Shown here: positions 17,210-27,095 of the stretch, one piece after another
How the letters are laid out: each line of letters starts with the position of its first letter
Position numbering within the stretch: the first letter of the stretch is position 1
DNA from: Candidatus Latescibacterota bacterium
GTDB taxonomy: Bacteria > Latescibacterota > UBA2968 > UBA8231
DNA: 64,000 nt
Direction of reading: 5' to 3'
NCBI GenBank assembly: GCA_965215195.1
Contig: CBDCDC010000001.1
Location: 480,001-544,000 of the forward strand
Notes under the pieces: model-generated
The model's input: only the letters and a program-made list of their open reading frames with translations
The model's database searches: none
Told to the model about the DNA's origin: nothing
Position numbers and translations under genes: made by a program

Positions 17210-20200
17210 TTAGCTTGCAGTGGATGCGACGATCTGCAACAGCGCCGGGTCCGCGGCGGTCTCGCGCCCGGCTAGCAGCTCGGCGGCCCGCTCTTTGGCC
17301 GCCTCCATTTTGGGCTGCCGGACGCCGCGATAGCCGCGCACCTCCTCGGGCAGGGACAGGACGTGTACCCAAGTGTGGTACTCGTCTGTGGAGCGAGGGG
17401 AAAAGTCGGCGATCAGGCTTTCGTACCAAGCGGCAAAGTCGCGCTCTTCGCGGTGCCACCACGAGGAGCAGAGCCGGCGGAGGAACTTCATGCGGGCGAT
17501 CCACTTCAGCGGCCCATCGCCCAGCTTGAGATCCGGGCGGAAGTCGCGGCCAAACAGGCGCAGATGGGGTCGGTTCAGGTGGCGGTAGCGGATGCGGTCG
17601 CCGCGGCTGGGGTCGATGTTGTAGCGCCGGCGGTCGCGGCGGTACTTCTCCTCGCAGGTCAGCAGATGGGCCACGTAGATTTCGTCCTTGATGGCGAGGA
17701 CCTTGGCGAGCTGATAAATGACCGCACGGGTGGCCGCGAAATTGTGCTCGGGCCCGTCTTTGGCCTGCACGGCGAGCACTTGGCGGATGTAGCGGTCGGC
17801 GTACGCGAGGTCTTCGTACTGGATCAGGTCGTACACCCGCAGTGCGAAGTGCCGTCGCGCTACGGCGACGGGCGTCTCGCGGATGCGTTGGCGGTAGGCC
17901 TCGGCCACGCGCTTGCCCCGCGTCTGGGCCAGCAGCGCGGTTTTGTCGGCGACGAGCTCGGCGTAGCTGAGTGGTTTTTCCTCGAGTGGAAAGTGATTCG
18001 GATCGAGCGCTAGGTGCCGCCCCATGTTAAAAGCCTTTAGGTTCGTCTCTAGGTCGCGGCGCACGGCCCGGCCTATGGCCCACAGCAAGGTGTCTAGCTC
18101 TAGGGAGAGCAGCCCGCGCTGGAAGGCCACGCCGAGCATCATGATGTTGGCGTAGAGCTTGTTGCCCAAGTAGTGCTCGCAGATGCGGAAGAGATCCGCG
18201 CCGAAGTACGCGTCTGGACGGGTGTGTTGGCGGATTAGGTCGGCTTGAGCTTCGGCCGAGAAGTCCTCTTGGCCGATGAGGGTGTCGATCGTGGGGGTCT
18301 TGGCGGTGTTGACGATGGCGGCGGTGCGCTCCGGGTGGGCGATGCGGTAGCGGCCTTGAGGTTCGAGGCCCCGCGCCGCTTCGAGGACGTCGAGCCCGAG
18401 GAGCAAGTCGGCCTTGCCGCAGGGAATCAGCGGGGAGACCGGAGTGCCCTTGGGCGCGTAGCTCAAGTGCGAATAGACCGAGCCGTTGCGGATGGCCAGC
18501 CCCTTCTTGTTGGTCAGTCGCACCTCGTAGCCCTGCCGCACCCCGGCTTGCGCCAGCACCGAGGCCACCACGTTGACGCCCATGCCGCCGACCCCGGCTA
18601 TGTAGGTGTACCAGATGTCGGCGAGGGGCCGGTGTGCGGGCGCGGGCAACTGGCCGACGTCAATGGGAGGGGTCGAGACAGTGGGGGGGGCTTGGCGATA
18701 GACCGTGACCTCCTCAAAGGAGGGACAGGTTTTGTCGCCATCGCCGACTTCGACCCGGGTGCAGGCGCCGTCGGCAACGCAGGAGGAAGGGTCAATGGCG
18801 ATCTTGGGACCGTATTCGGTGGCGGCCGCGACCGTCAGGCCGCTGCACCCGGTGGCCCGGGTGCATTCGAGACAGTACTCGCAGACGTCTTCGCTGATGT
18901 TGATGTGCTTTTCGACCGGCAGGAAGCCCTGCTCTTTGGCGATCGCGCTCTGGCGCGCCCGTTCGCGGCGGTGGTAGGTGATGCCGCATTCCTTGTCGGC
19001 GATAATGATTTTGACCCCGTCGCGGAGCAAGGTTTCGCGGACGAGGGCGTCGTAGTCTTGGCGCTGGGATGGGTCCATGCGGGCGATAAAAGTCGGCGAG
19101 TCGCCCGCTAGGCCGGCGACGGTTTTTTCAATGTCTTGGGCAAAGGTCGGTTTGCCCAAGACGTCGACGTCCACGCCCGGGGTGGGCTGGTGCCCGGTCA
19201 TGGCCGTGGTCTTGTTGTCGAGGATGATGTAGGTGATGTCTTGGCCGTTTTTGATCGAGTCGGAGATGGCGATCATACCGGTGTGGAAGAAGGTCGAATC
19301 CCCCATGAAGACGAGTTGTTTGTTGTCGATGAAGGGGTCGATGCCCGCGCCAGTGCCGCCGCCCAAGCCCATGCCGGAAAGATTGTGCATCAGCTCGGAA
19401 AACGGCGCGTATTTGAGCATGGAATAGCAGCCGATGTCGCCGTGGAAGACCAAATCTACCGGAGCTTGGCCCGCAGGCGGCGCGGCCAAGTCGGCCGCGG
19501 TTTTCTTGAGTACGCTGGCTGAGTCGCGGTGCGGACACCCCGGGCAGAAGGAGGGCGCGCGCGGCGGTACGGCCGTGGTCGCGGGCACCGGTGCCAAGGC
19601 GTTGAGTTCGGCTTGGACTTTCTCGCGGTCAATGGGCAGCTCGGCCTTTAGCACGGCGAAGAGGCGGGATAGGGCTTGGACGATGAGCGAGGGGTGCAGG
19701 CCCTGGACATCGGGAAAGCCCGGAGCATTGCCCGGAAAGCGCTTGCCCCACAGCGCGGGGCTGAGGTCTTTTTGCCGCGCCAGTTCGGCCGCGATCTGCG
19801 GCTCGATAAAGGGCCGCTTTTCCTCGACCACGCAGAAGGCTTGGGCGCAATCGGCAAAGCGCGCGATCACGTGCGGATCGACCGGGTAGGTAATGCCCAG
19901 CTTGAGGATGGGAAAATGCCCGGTCAGCCCGAGGATGTGCAGGGCGTGTTCGAGATAGCTATAAGCCAAGCCAGAGGTAATAAAGCCCAGCGGCTTGGGG
20001 GCCGCGTGCGGAGGATAGAGGATTTGGTTGATGCCCGCCTCCCGCGCTAGCTGCCACAGGCGGGGGTAGCGCTGGTGTACTACTTCGCGCTCTTTGTGCG
20101 CCGTGGCCGGCGGGATGACGACGCGGTCGTCCGAGCAAATGGCGCTGGTGTCGAGCGCGATGCGCTGCTTGCGGTTGAGGGCGGCAAAGCGGTTGGGATA

Positions 20201-20764
20201 GACGGTGACGCTGCCGCCGCCATCGGCTTGGTTGGAAGTGACCAGATAGGTCAGATAAAGCCGCGAGCGCCGCGACAACTCAAAGCCCTGCCCGACCCAG
20301 TCCTTGATCTCCTGAAAGGTCGCGGGTTCGAGGACGGGCATGTAGAGATGCTGGGACAAAAAGCGCGAGTCGGCCGGCACTTGGGTCCCCTCGGACCAGG
20401 TGTCGTCGCCCACGGCCACTAGGACACCCCCGCTGGGCGAGGTCCCGACCATGTTGCCGAGGGCCAACCCATCGGCTGCCACGTGCAGGCCGACGCTCTT
20501 CATCACGGCCAAGGCGCGGATGCCCTCCATCTGCGAGCCGTTGAGGCGGGCGGCGGCGAGGGCTTCGTTGTTGGCGATCTGCGCGACGATGCCGCGTTCG
20601 TTGAAGAGGTCCTTGTTGTTTTCGAGGGTCTCAAAAAGCTCGGCCAAGGGCGATCCAGGGTATCCGGTAATGACGCCGACTTGGCTTTCTAGGGCACCCT
20701 TGACGATCAGTTCGTTGCCGGTGTAAATGCCCGTGCCTTGTTCGAGTGAGAAGCGGGGATCCAT
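17210..20764 (-). CDS. Fused indolepyruvate:ferredoxin oxidoreductase-family protein
   Basis: GYPGSPL, FCPGCPH, GDIGCY, GDSTFFH, NKTTAMTGHQP, ferredoxin Cys cluster, GVGGMG, IKDE, VRGY. Confidence 0.9.
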   Translation of the reverse strand: MDPRFSLEQGTGIYTGNELIVKGALESQVGVITGYPGSPLAELFETLENNKDLFNERGIVAQIANNEALAAARLNGSQMEGIRALAVMKSVGLHVAADGLALGNMVGTSPSGGVLVAVGDDTWSEGTQVPADSRFLSQHLYMPVLEPATFQEIKDWVGQGFELSRRSRLYLTYLVTSNQADGGGSVTVYPNRFAALNRKQRIALDTSAICSDDRVVIPPATAHKEREVVHQRYPRLWQLAREAGINQILYPPHAAPKPLGFITSGLAYSYLEHALHILGLTGHFPILKLGITYPVDPHVIARFADCAQAFCVVEEKRPFIEPQIAAELARQKDLSPALWGKRFPGNAPGFPDVQGLHPSLIVQALSRLFAVLKAELPIDREKVQAELNALAPVPATTAVPPRAPSFCPGCPHRDSASVLKKTAADLAAPPAGQAPVDLVFHGDIGCYSMLKYAPFSELMHNLSGMGLGGGTGAGIDPFIDNKQLVFMGDSTFFHTGMIAISDSIKNGQDITYIILDNKTTAMTGHQPTPGVDVDVLGKPTFAQDIEKTVAGLAGDSPTFIARMDPSQRQDYDALVRETLLRDGVKIIIADKECGITYHRRERARQSAIAKEQGFLPVEKHINISEDVCEYCLECTRATGCSGLTVAAATEYGPKIAIDPSSCVADGACTRVEVGDGDKTCPSFEEVTVYRQAPPTVSTPPIDVGQLPAPAHRPLADIWYTYIAGVGGMGVNVVASVLAQAGVRQGYEVRLTNKKGLAIRNGSVYSHLSYAPKGTPVSPLIPCGKADLLLGLDVLEAARGLEPQGRYRIAHPERTAAIVNTAKTPTIDTLIGQEDFSAEAQADLIRQHTRPDAYFGADLFRICEHYLGNKLYANIMMLGVAFQRGLLSLELDTLLWAIGRAVRRDLETNLKAFNMGRHLALDPNHFPLEEKPLSYAELVADKTALLAQTRGKRVAEAYRQRIRETPVAVARRHFALRVYDLIQYEDLAYADRYIRQVLAVQAKDGPEHNFAATRAVIYQLAKVLAIKDEIYVAHLLTCEEKYRRDRRRYNIDPSRGDRIRYRHLNRPHLRLFGRDFRPDLKLGDGPLKWIARMKFLRRLCSSWWHREERDFAAWYESLIADFSPRSTDEYHTWVHVLSLPEEVRGYRGVRQPKMEAAKERAAELLAGRETAADPALLQIVASTAS

Positions 20765-20799
20765 GGGCCTATCTGAGGAAATTGGGAATAAATGCAAAC

Positions 20800-20827
20800 A
20801 TAGTACGAGGTCTGGGGCGGTTGTCAA
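20800..20827 (-). promoter_or_regulatory. sigma70-type promoter of the ior gene
   Basis: TTGACA-N16-TACTAT. Confidence 0.55.
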
Positions 20828-20856
20828 GTCGGCTCGCTCTCACCGGACCGGCGACC

Positions 20857-21393
20857 TCACGCTTGGGCATCGAGCCAATAGCGCTGGTATTCTTCTAGGA
20901 AGGTAAGGGTCTGTAGATCGGCCATGCGGTCTGGAAAGAGCACGCCGTCGAGATGGTCGATTTCGTGCTGGAGGACGCGGGCGCAAAGCCCCTCTGCTTC
21001 CATCGCCACCGCTCGCCCCTCGCGGTCGTAGCCCCGCACCGCGACGGCTGCCGCGCGCGGGACGACGCCGCGCAATTGGGGGATGCTCAAGCAGCCTTCC
21101 CAGCCGTCGAGGTGCTCTGGCGACCGGGCGGTAAACTGCGGATTGAAGAGCACGGTCAGGGGTATGGCGGCCTCGTCTTGGGGGTCGGCTGCGGGGTCGC
21201 CGAGGACGATCAGCCGCAGGGGTTCAAAGACTTGCGGCGCGGCCAAGCCAATGCCCTCGTAGTCGATCATGGTCTCGATCATGTCTTCGACTAAGCACTG
21301 CATCTGGGCACTCTGCATCTGGGCCGGAGGGATCTCTACGGCGCGTTGGCGCAGCACTGGATGCCCCATCTGCGACACCTTGCGAATGGCCAT
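20857..21393 (-). CDS. def: Peptide deformylase
   Basis: GIGLAAPQV, EGCLS, QHEIDHLDG. Confidence 0.95.
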   Translation of the reverse strand: MAIRKVSQMGHPVLRQRAVEIPPAQMQSAQMQCLVEDMIETMIDYEGIGLAAPQVFEPLRLIVLGDPAADPQDEAAIPLTVLFNPQFTARSPEHLDGWEGCLSIPQLRGVVPRAAAVAVRGYDREGRAVAMEAEGLCARVLQHEIDHLDGVLFPDRMADLQTLTFLEEYQRYWLDAQA

Positions 21394-21395
21394 GG

Positions 21396-21983
21396 TTACG
21401 GCGCTTGGGGGGGAGCCGCCGAAAGACAGCAGCGGAACCCCACTAAATCGACGTGGTACTCGGAGTCGAGGAATCGCCCGTAGCGGGCGTCGGCTCGGGC
21501 TAGGTTGACGCTGTGGAAAAAGGAGCCGCCGCGCACGACCCGCCAGCGGTCGGAGCGCGAATACCAAGACGCGGTCCACTCCCAAGCATTGCCGATCATG
21601 TCATAGACCCCGTAGGCGTTGGTGCAGCGTTCATGTGCGCCGCTAGGTGCTAGGCCCGTCCCGCGCTGCCAGATCCCATCAACGGCAAAGCGCGTGTTGC
21701 AGCGCCCCGGTTCGAATTCTGGGCCATAGGAGTACGCGAAGTTCTGCGGCCCGGTGCAGGCTTTCTGCCACTCCTGTTCGGTACACAGCCGCTTGCCCTG
21801 CGCCGCGCAGAGCGATTCTGCTTCGCCCCAGGTGACGTCGACTGTGGGGAGGATGCCGCGCTGGTTGGGGTACTCGTACCTGTCGATGTAGAAGTCCGGG
21901 CCGATCCATACCATGCCTTCCACGTCGGCTGCGGCCAGCACTGGCAGGGCCAGCAAAAGGCCGGGGGCTAAGAGCTTATTCAT
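21396..21983 (-). CDS. FGE-sulfatase (SUMF1) domain protein, secreted
   Basis: FYIDRYE, KRLCTEQEW, YDMIGNAWEW, RGGSF, GFRCC. Confidence 0.85.
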   Translation of the reverse strand: MNKLLAPGLLLALPVLAAADVEGMVWIGPDFYIDRYEYPNQRGILPTVDVTWGEAESLCAAQGKRLCTEQEWQKACTGPQNFAYSYGPEFEPGRCNTRFAVDGIWQRGTGLAPSGAHERCTNAYGVYDMIGNAWEWTASWYSRSDRWRVVRGGSFFHSVNLARADARYGRFLDSEYHVDLVGFRCCLSAAPPQAP

Positions 21984-21989
21984 GGCTAC

Positions 21990-22784
21990 TCACTCCGCAA
22001 ATTGCACCGCGCCAAAGCGGGCGGGGTGGTGAAAGCCGCGCTGGTAGGTCTCGCTCCAAGCCGTGTACTCGGTCTGCTCGTGGTAGTGCTGCTGGAGCGC
22101 GTCTGCGTCTTGGAGGTCGTTTAGGCGGCTTTTTAGATTGCGCCCGCCCTTGCGTTCGATGCGGTAGAGGTTGAGCCGCCAGACATCGCCGGCTGCCGGG
22201 CGCCCCCCGCCTGTGACGCTGTCGGCTAGAGCGGCCCAAGGAATGGCGATCTCCGCGGTCCAGCCCCAGTCGAGCGCGAGCGAGTCGTTCACGGTGCCGT
22301 AAGCTTGGACGGCTGTTTTAAGCCCGGCGATATCCCAGTCTTTGGACGAGTGCCACTCGGGCGACACCGAATAGATCAGCAAATCGACGACCACATTGCG
22401 CGGGTTGACCTCCAGCTCTAGGTAGCGTTTGCCGTCGCCATCGGGGTCGATAAAGATCTCCACGACTTCCTCTCCCCACAGGGGATCGTCTTCCTCTTCG
22501 CAAATGGCCCACATGTCCGCATCTTGACAGACAAAGGCAAAGTAAAAGTAGAAGTCATCCCACAGCATCTTCGCCCGCGTGGGAAAGAGCACTTCGTCGT
22601 AGTCGTTGAGGATGCGCTCGAAGCGGTTGATTTGCTGCGCCCGTTCCCACGAAAATTCGTCCAATTTGCCATCGACGACGACCGGTGCGAGAGCGCGTTG
22701 GACTGCGTATTGAGCCTCCAGACCTACTTCGGCGTACGTTGCGAGTGGGAGGATCGCGAGCACGAGAATCGTCGAGAAGTGCAT
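21990..22784 (-). CDS. Carbohydrate-binding family 9-like (DOMON-like) protein
   Basis: VDGKLDE, MLWDD, VEIFIDPDGD, YLELEVNP, WTAEIAIPW, WRLNLYR. Confidence 0.8.
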   Translation of the reverse strand: MHFSTILVLAILPLATYAEVGLEAQYAVQRALAPVVVDGKLDEFSWERAQQINRFERILNDYDEVLFPTRAKMLWDDFYFYFAFVCQDADMWAICEEEDDPLWGEEVVEIFIDPDGDGKRYLELEVNPRNVVVDLLIYSVSPEWHSSKDWDIAGLKTAVQAYGTVNDSLALDWGWTAEIAIPWAALADSVTGGGRPAAGDVWRLNLYRIERKGGRNLKSRLNDLQDADALQQHYHEQTEYTAWSETYQRGFHHPARFGAVQFAE

Positions 22785-22842
22785 ACATTCTCCTTGCGTT
22801 AGCGGGCTGAATATACGAAATCGCGCTAGCGCACCAAAATGT

Positions 22843-22877
22843 AAAAAGGGGCGCTGCCAAGCTGGCACCGCCCCTTT
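22843..22877 (-). terminator. Rho-independent terminator after glnA
   Basis: Minus strand aaaggggcggtgccagcttggcagcgccccttttt. Confidence 0.8.
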
Positions 22878-22901
22878 GCGTCGGTTGTAGCTCGTAGCTG
22901 T

Positions 22902-24341
22902 TTACACGTCGTAGTAGAGCGCGAACTCATAGGGATGGGGCCGCAAGCGGATGGCATCGACCTCCTCGGTGCGCTTGTAGTTGATCCACGCGTCGATCAG
23001 GTCGTCGGAGAACACATCGCCCTGCAACAGAAAGTCCCGATCCTGATTCAAGTGATCCAACGAATCCTCCAACGACCCGGCTGTCTGCGGCACCCCGGCT
23101 CGCTCCTCGGCCGACAGATCATACAGATTCTTGTCCAGCGGTGCCCCCGGATCCCGCTGCTGCTCAATCCCGTCCAGCCCCGCCATCAGCATCGCCGACA
23201 GCGCCAAGTACAGATTGCACGACGGATCCGGACAGCGAAACTCCACCCGCTTGCTCTTGGGACTGGGCGAATACATCGGAATGCGCACGGCCGCACTGCG
23301 GTTGCGCTGGGAATACGCCAAGTTCACCGGCGCTTCGTAGCCGGGCACCAGCCGCTTGTAGGAGTTGGTCGTCGGGTTGGTGAACGCCAGCAGCGCCGGC
23401 GCGTGGTGCAACAGCCCGCCGATGTAGTGCAGCGCCATCGGGCTGAGGCCAGCGTAGCCGTTGCCGGCAAACAGGGGCTGGTCGCCCTGCCACAGGCTCT
23501 GGTGGGTGTGCATGCCCGTGCCGTTGTCCTCAAACAGCGGCTTGGGCATGAACGTGGCTGTCTTGCCGTGCTGCCGCGCCACGTTCTTGACGATGTACTT
23601 ATACAGCATCATCCGGTCGGCGCACACCAGCAGCGGACAAAAGCGGATGTCGATTTCGCCTTGGCCGGCCGTGCCCACCTCGTGGTGGTGAATCTCCACG
23701 TCGATGCCGCAGGCGATCATGGTCTGCACCATCTGGGTGCGGAGGTCTTGCAGGGAGTCGGTCGGCGGCACGGGAAAGTAGCCGCCCTTGTAGTCGGGCT
23801 TGTAGCCTAAGTTGGGGCCTTCGGCTGAACCGCTGTTCCAGCGGCCTTCGGCCGAGTCGATCGCGTAGAAGCCCCGATGGGCTTGCTGGTCGAAGCGGAT
23901 GTTGTCGAAGACGAAAAACTCGGCTTCGGGGCCAAAGTAGGCCGTGTCGGCCAGCTGGGTGTGTAGCAGGTAGGCTTGGGCGCGCTGGGCAACGCCGCGC
24001 GGATCGCGGGCATAGGGCTGGCGGGTGATGGGGTCTTCAATGGAGCAGACCAAAGACAGGGTGGGCACTTGGGTGAAGGGGTCCATCACGGCCGTGGTCG
24101 GATCGGGTATCACGAGCATGTCGGATTCGTTGATTTCCTGCCAGCCGCGAATGGAGGAGCCGTCGAAGCCGAGGCCGTCGTCGAACAGGTCGGGGGTGAG
24201 GTCGGCGGCGGGCATGGTGAAGTGCTGCCAGATGCCGGGCAGATCGACGAACTTGAAATCGACCATCTGGGCTTTGTGCTGGCGGCCTAAGGCCAGCGCG
24301 GACTCAATCGCGCTGGGCGGTTTGGCTTTGGCTTTGGCCAT
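22902..24341 (-). CDS. glnA: Glutamine synthetase type I
   Basis: [50 protein letters not shown] adenylylation site. Confidence 0.97.
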   Translation of the reverse strand: MAKAKAKPPSAIESALALGRQHKAQMVDFKFVDLPGIWQHFTMPAADLTPDLFDDGLGFDGSSIRGWQEINESDMLVIPDPTTAVMDPFTQVPTLSLVCSIEDPITRQPYARDPRGVAQRAQAYLLHTQLADTAYFGPEAEFFVFDNIRFDQQAHRGFYAIDSAEGRWNSGSAEGPNLGYKPDYKGGYFPVPPTDSLQDLRTQMVQTMIACGIDVEIHHHEVGTAGQGEIDIRFCPLLVCADRMMLYKYIVKNVARQHGKTATFMPKPLFEDNGTGMHTHQSLWQGDQPLFAGNGYAGLSPMALHYIGGLLHHAPALLAFTNPTTNSYKRLVPGYEAPVNLAYSQRNRSAAVRIPMYSPSPKSKRVEFRCPDPSCNLYLALSAMLMAGLDGIEQQRDPGAPLDKNLYDLSAEERAGVPQTAGSLEDSLDHLNQDRDFLLQGDVFSDDLIDAWINYKRTEEVDAIRLRPHPYEFALYYDV

Positions 24342-24376
24342 GAGAATTCCTTTCGCAAAAAGTGATTGAGATGGGG

Positions 24377-24408
24377 TCAGGGGCGCACTCCCCGCAGCGC
24401 GCCCCTGA
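24377..24408. other. Intercistronic stem-loop between the porin gene and glnA
   Basis: tcaggggcgc / gcgcccctga inverted repeat without a U-tract. Confidence 0.5.
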
Positions 24409-24449
24409 GTCTGGCTTGGCCCCGCCGTTGGTCGCACGGGATGCCGTTT

Positions 24450-25097
24450 TTAGAAGCTCCTGCCAAAGACGAGGAAGGTGCTTTCTCTGTCTGGGTTGAG
24501 GATGTACGAGGCGAAGTAATCGCCCTTGCTCATGTTGAGGCCAACGCTGACCAGAGCCGGGTCGGTATCTGTGGTGTAAACCCCGTTGCCGAGGCCGGCG
24601 GTGACGCTGACGGCGGTCTCTTCCATCTCGCCCAAGTCGAGGCTCGCTTCCACCCAGAACGAATCCTCGGTGTCGCCGGAGAAGTTATAGGCGACCAAGG
24701 CGCTCAAGGGCATGTCGTCGAGGGCGAGAGACGCGCTGATTTCGAGGATGTGTACTGCGTCGTCGTCGCTGTAGCTGAAGAACATGTCGTCTTCGGTCAG
24801 GCCCGGGAAGTAGTAGTCGGTCAGGGTGATGCCGATGGGGCCGGACGAGAAGCTGGCATAGAGGTCGTTCTCGTTGGCACCACCGCCGGTGATGGCCCAC
24901 GACGACCACGCGCCGACTTCGATGTTGCCGTGGCTGATGGACATGCCCGGCTGGACGCTGACGGCGTTGCCAAAGTCCGTGCCGCGCCACACGTAGCGGT
25001 TGACTACGTCGGCGCCAAAGCCAACTCCGGCATCGGCCGGAATGGCCGCTAGCGTCAGGGCGAAGAGAAGGGGTGCGGCAAAAAGCAAGCGGTTCAT
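24450..25097 (-). CDS. Putative small outer-membrane porin (TorF-like)
   Basis: Signal peptide, RYVWRG, VQP, GAW, ENDLY, TDYYFP, terminal Phe. Confidence 0.65.
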   Translation of the reverse strand: MNRLLFAAPLLFALTLAAIPADAGVGFGADVVNRYVWRGTDFGNAVSVQPGMSISHGNIEVGAWSSWAITGGGANENDLYASFSSGPIGITLTDYYFPGLTEDDMFFSYSDDDAVHILEISASLALDDMPLSALVAYNFSGDTEDSFWVEASLDLGEMEETAVSVTAGLGNGVYTTDTDPALVSVGLNMSKGDYFASYILNPDRESTFLVFGRSF

Positions 25098-25157
25098 CAA
25101 GTTCTCCTTAGGTGGGTTGAGGTAAGAGGTAGGGCCGGCTGAACCGGCCCCTCGCTA

Positions 25158-25496
25158 TCACAGGGCGCTTTCGCCCGTCTCGCCGGTGCGGATGCGCACG
25201 GCTTCTTGGATCGGCGAGGCAAAGACCTTGCCGTCGCCGACTTTGCCGGACTTGGCCGCCTCGACAATGGTGTTGATCGCCTGCTCGTGGTCTGCGTCCT
25301 TGACGACGACCTCGACTTTGATCTTGGGAACGAAATCAATGCGGTACTCGGCGCCGCGATAGACCTCGCGGTGGCCGCGCTGGCGGCCAAAGCCCCGCAC
25401 TTCGGTTACGGACATGCCGGCAATGCCCCGTTCGCCGAGGGCCTTTTGCACGGCCTCAAGGGCCGATGGCCGGAGGAATGCTTCAATTTTATACAT
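25158..25496 (-). CDS. glnK: P-II nitrogen regulatory protein
   Basis: GFGRQRG, YRGAEY, GKVGDGK, RIRTGE; adjacent to amtB. Confidence 0.95.
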   Translation of the reverse strand: MYKIEAFLRPSALEAVQKALGERGIAGMSVTEVRGFGRQRGHREVYRGAEYRIDFVPKIKVEVVVKDADHEQAINTIVEAAKSGKVGDGKVFASPIQEAVRIRTGETGESAL

Positions 25497-25514
25497 CGCT
25501 AGTTCTCCCCTCGC

Positions 25515-26855
25515 TTAGTTGTTGATGTGCTGGAAATCCGCGTACGCGGGTTGGCCGTGCTCGCTTAGATCGAGGCCCTCGTCCTCTTCCTCCTCCTCGA
25601 CGCGGAACCCGAGTATCGCCTTGACAACGGTCGCGAGGACAAAGGAAAAGACAAAGGCGAAGAGGGCATAAGACAAGGTGCCCAAGATCTGAGTGCCCAC
25701 GCTGTGGTCGGTGCTGAACAGCCCGACCGCGACCGTGCCCCAGACGCCGCAGATGCCGTGGACGGAGATGGCCCCGACCGGATCGTCGATCTTGATGCGG
25801 TCGATAAAGACAATGGCGAAAACGACGATGACCCCGGCGAGCAGCCCAATCCAAATGGCCCCGCCCCAAGTGACCACGTCGGCCCCGGCCGTGATGCCGA
25901 CTAGGCCGGCGAGGATGCCGTTGAGCGCCATGGTGATGTCGGGCTTTTTAAGGTAGAAATAGGAGGTGAAAATCGAGGCCATACAACCGGCCGCAGCCGC
26001 GAGGGTCGTGGTGACAAAGACCAGCGATACGGCCGCTGGATCGGCGCTGAGCACCGAGCCGCCGTTGAAGCCGAACCAGCCGAGCCAGAGCAGGAAGACG
26101 CCGATGGTCGATAGCGGCATGCTGTGCCCGAGGATGGGCCTGATTTCCCCATTGACGTACTTGCCCTTGCGCGCCCCCAGCACCAAGACTGCGGCGAGGG
26201 CTGAGAAGCCGCCAAAGGCGTGGACGACCGACGAGCCGGCGAAATCGTAGAAACCGAGGTCGTCGAGCCAGCCGGCACCCCATTTCCAAGAGCCGGCTAT
26301 GGTGTAGCCAAAGGCCACCAAAATCGCGGCGTAGAGCATGAAGCCCGACAGCTTGACGCGCTCGGCCACCGCACCGGAGACGATGGTAGCGGCCGTGGCG
26401 GCAAACATGGCTTGGAAGATGAAGTCCGACCAGTAGGTGTAATCTGCGTACTGATTGGTCAGGTTGGCCACATCGCTGTCAAAGCCGAGCCAGCCCTTGA
26501 GGGCCAGCACATCGGCGATGAGCCAATCGTCGCCCGGATACATGATGTTGAAGCCGCACAGGGCGTAGGTGAGGATGCCGGCCGAGATGATAAAGAGGTT
26601 CTTGAAGAGGATGTTGACCGTGTTCTTCTGCCGGGTCAGGCCGGATTCGAGCGTGGCAAAGCCCAAGTGCATGACGAAGACCAAGGCTGCGGCGATGAGA
26701 ATCCACAGGTTGTCCACCATGAATTTGGGATAGGCTAAGGGCATGGCTTGGAAGGCTTCTACGGTTGTGAAGTCTCCAGCCGAAACCTGAGTGGTCGCCC
26801 CGAGGATCCCGGCACAGATCCATAAGAGCGAAGGACGGTTGCGAAAAACAGACAT
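25515..26855 (-). CDS. amtB: Ammonium transporter
   Basis: FQAMFAAT, DFAGSSVVH, WLGWFGFNGGS, NGILAGLVGITA, DDPVGAISVHG. Confidence 0.95.
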   Translation of the reverse strand: MSVFRNRPSLLWICAGILGATTQVSAGDFTTVEAFQAMPLAYPKFMVDNLWILIAAALVFVMHLGFATLESGLTRQKNTVNILFKNLFIISAGILTYALCGFNIMYPGDDWLIADVLALKGWLGFDSDVANLTNQYADYTYWSDFIFQAMFAATAATIVSGAVAERVKLSGFMLYAAILVAFGYTIAGSWKWGAGWLDDLGFYDFAGSSVVHAFGGFSALAAVLVLGARKGKYVNGEIRPILGHSMPLSTIGVFLLWLGWFGFNGGSVLSADPAAVSLVFVTTTLAAAAGCMASIFTSYFYLKKPDITMALNGILAGLVGITAGADVVTWGGAIWIGLLAGVIVVFAIVFIDRIKIDDPVGAISVHGICGVWGTVAVGLFSTDHSVGTQILGTLSYALFAFVFSFVLATVVKAILGFRVEEEEEDEGLDLSEHGQPAYADFQHINN

Positions 26856-26934
26856 GGGCAATCCCTTCCCTAAATAGAGGTATGAGGAGGCATCCGATCG
26901 AGGCTTCGTGGATGCGAACGTCGGATTGCTACAA

Positions 26935-26951
26935 GGCAAGAAATGTGCCAA
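26935..26951 (-). promoter_or_regulatory. sigma54 promoter of the amtB operon
   Basis: TTGGCACATTTCTTGCC, with an AT-rich region upstream. Confidence 0.85.
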
Positions 26952-27095
26952 GTGGATTGGGTGCGGATATTTCATAATGGTAGCTTATTGTAAATTAGGG
27001 AGTTAGAAAAAATAACAATAAAGAGGGAAACGAAGCGAGCATAAGCTACAAAATTGAAATAGCAGCAAGAAACAACAATTTTGTATTTCATATAG

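Noticed and set aside
26860-26930. Glutamine riboswitch in the amtB leader
   Set aside because: A hairpin exists (atccga/tcggat), but I cannot match it to the glnA RNA motif; needs Infernal
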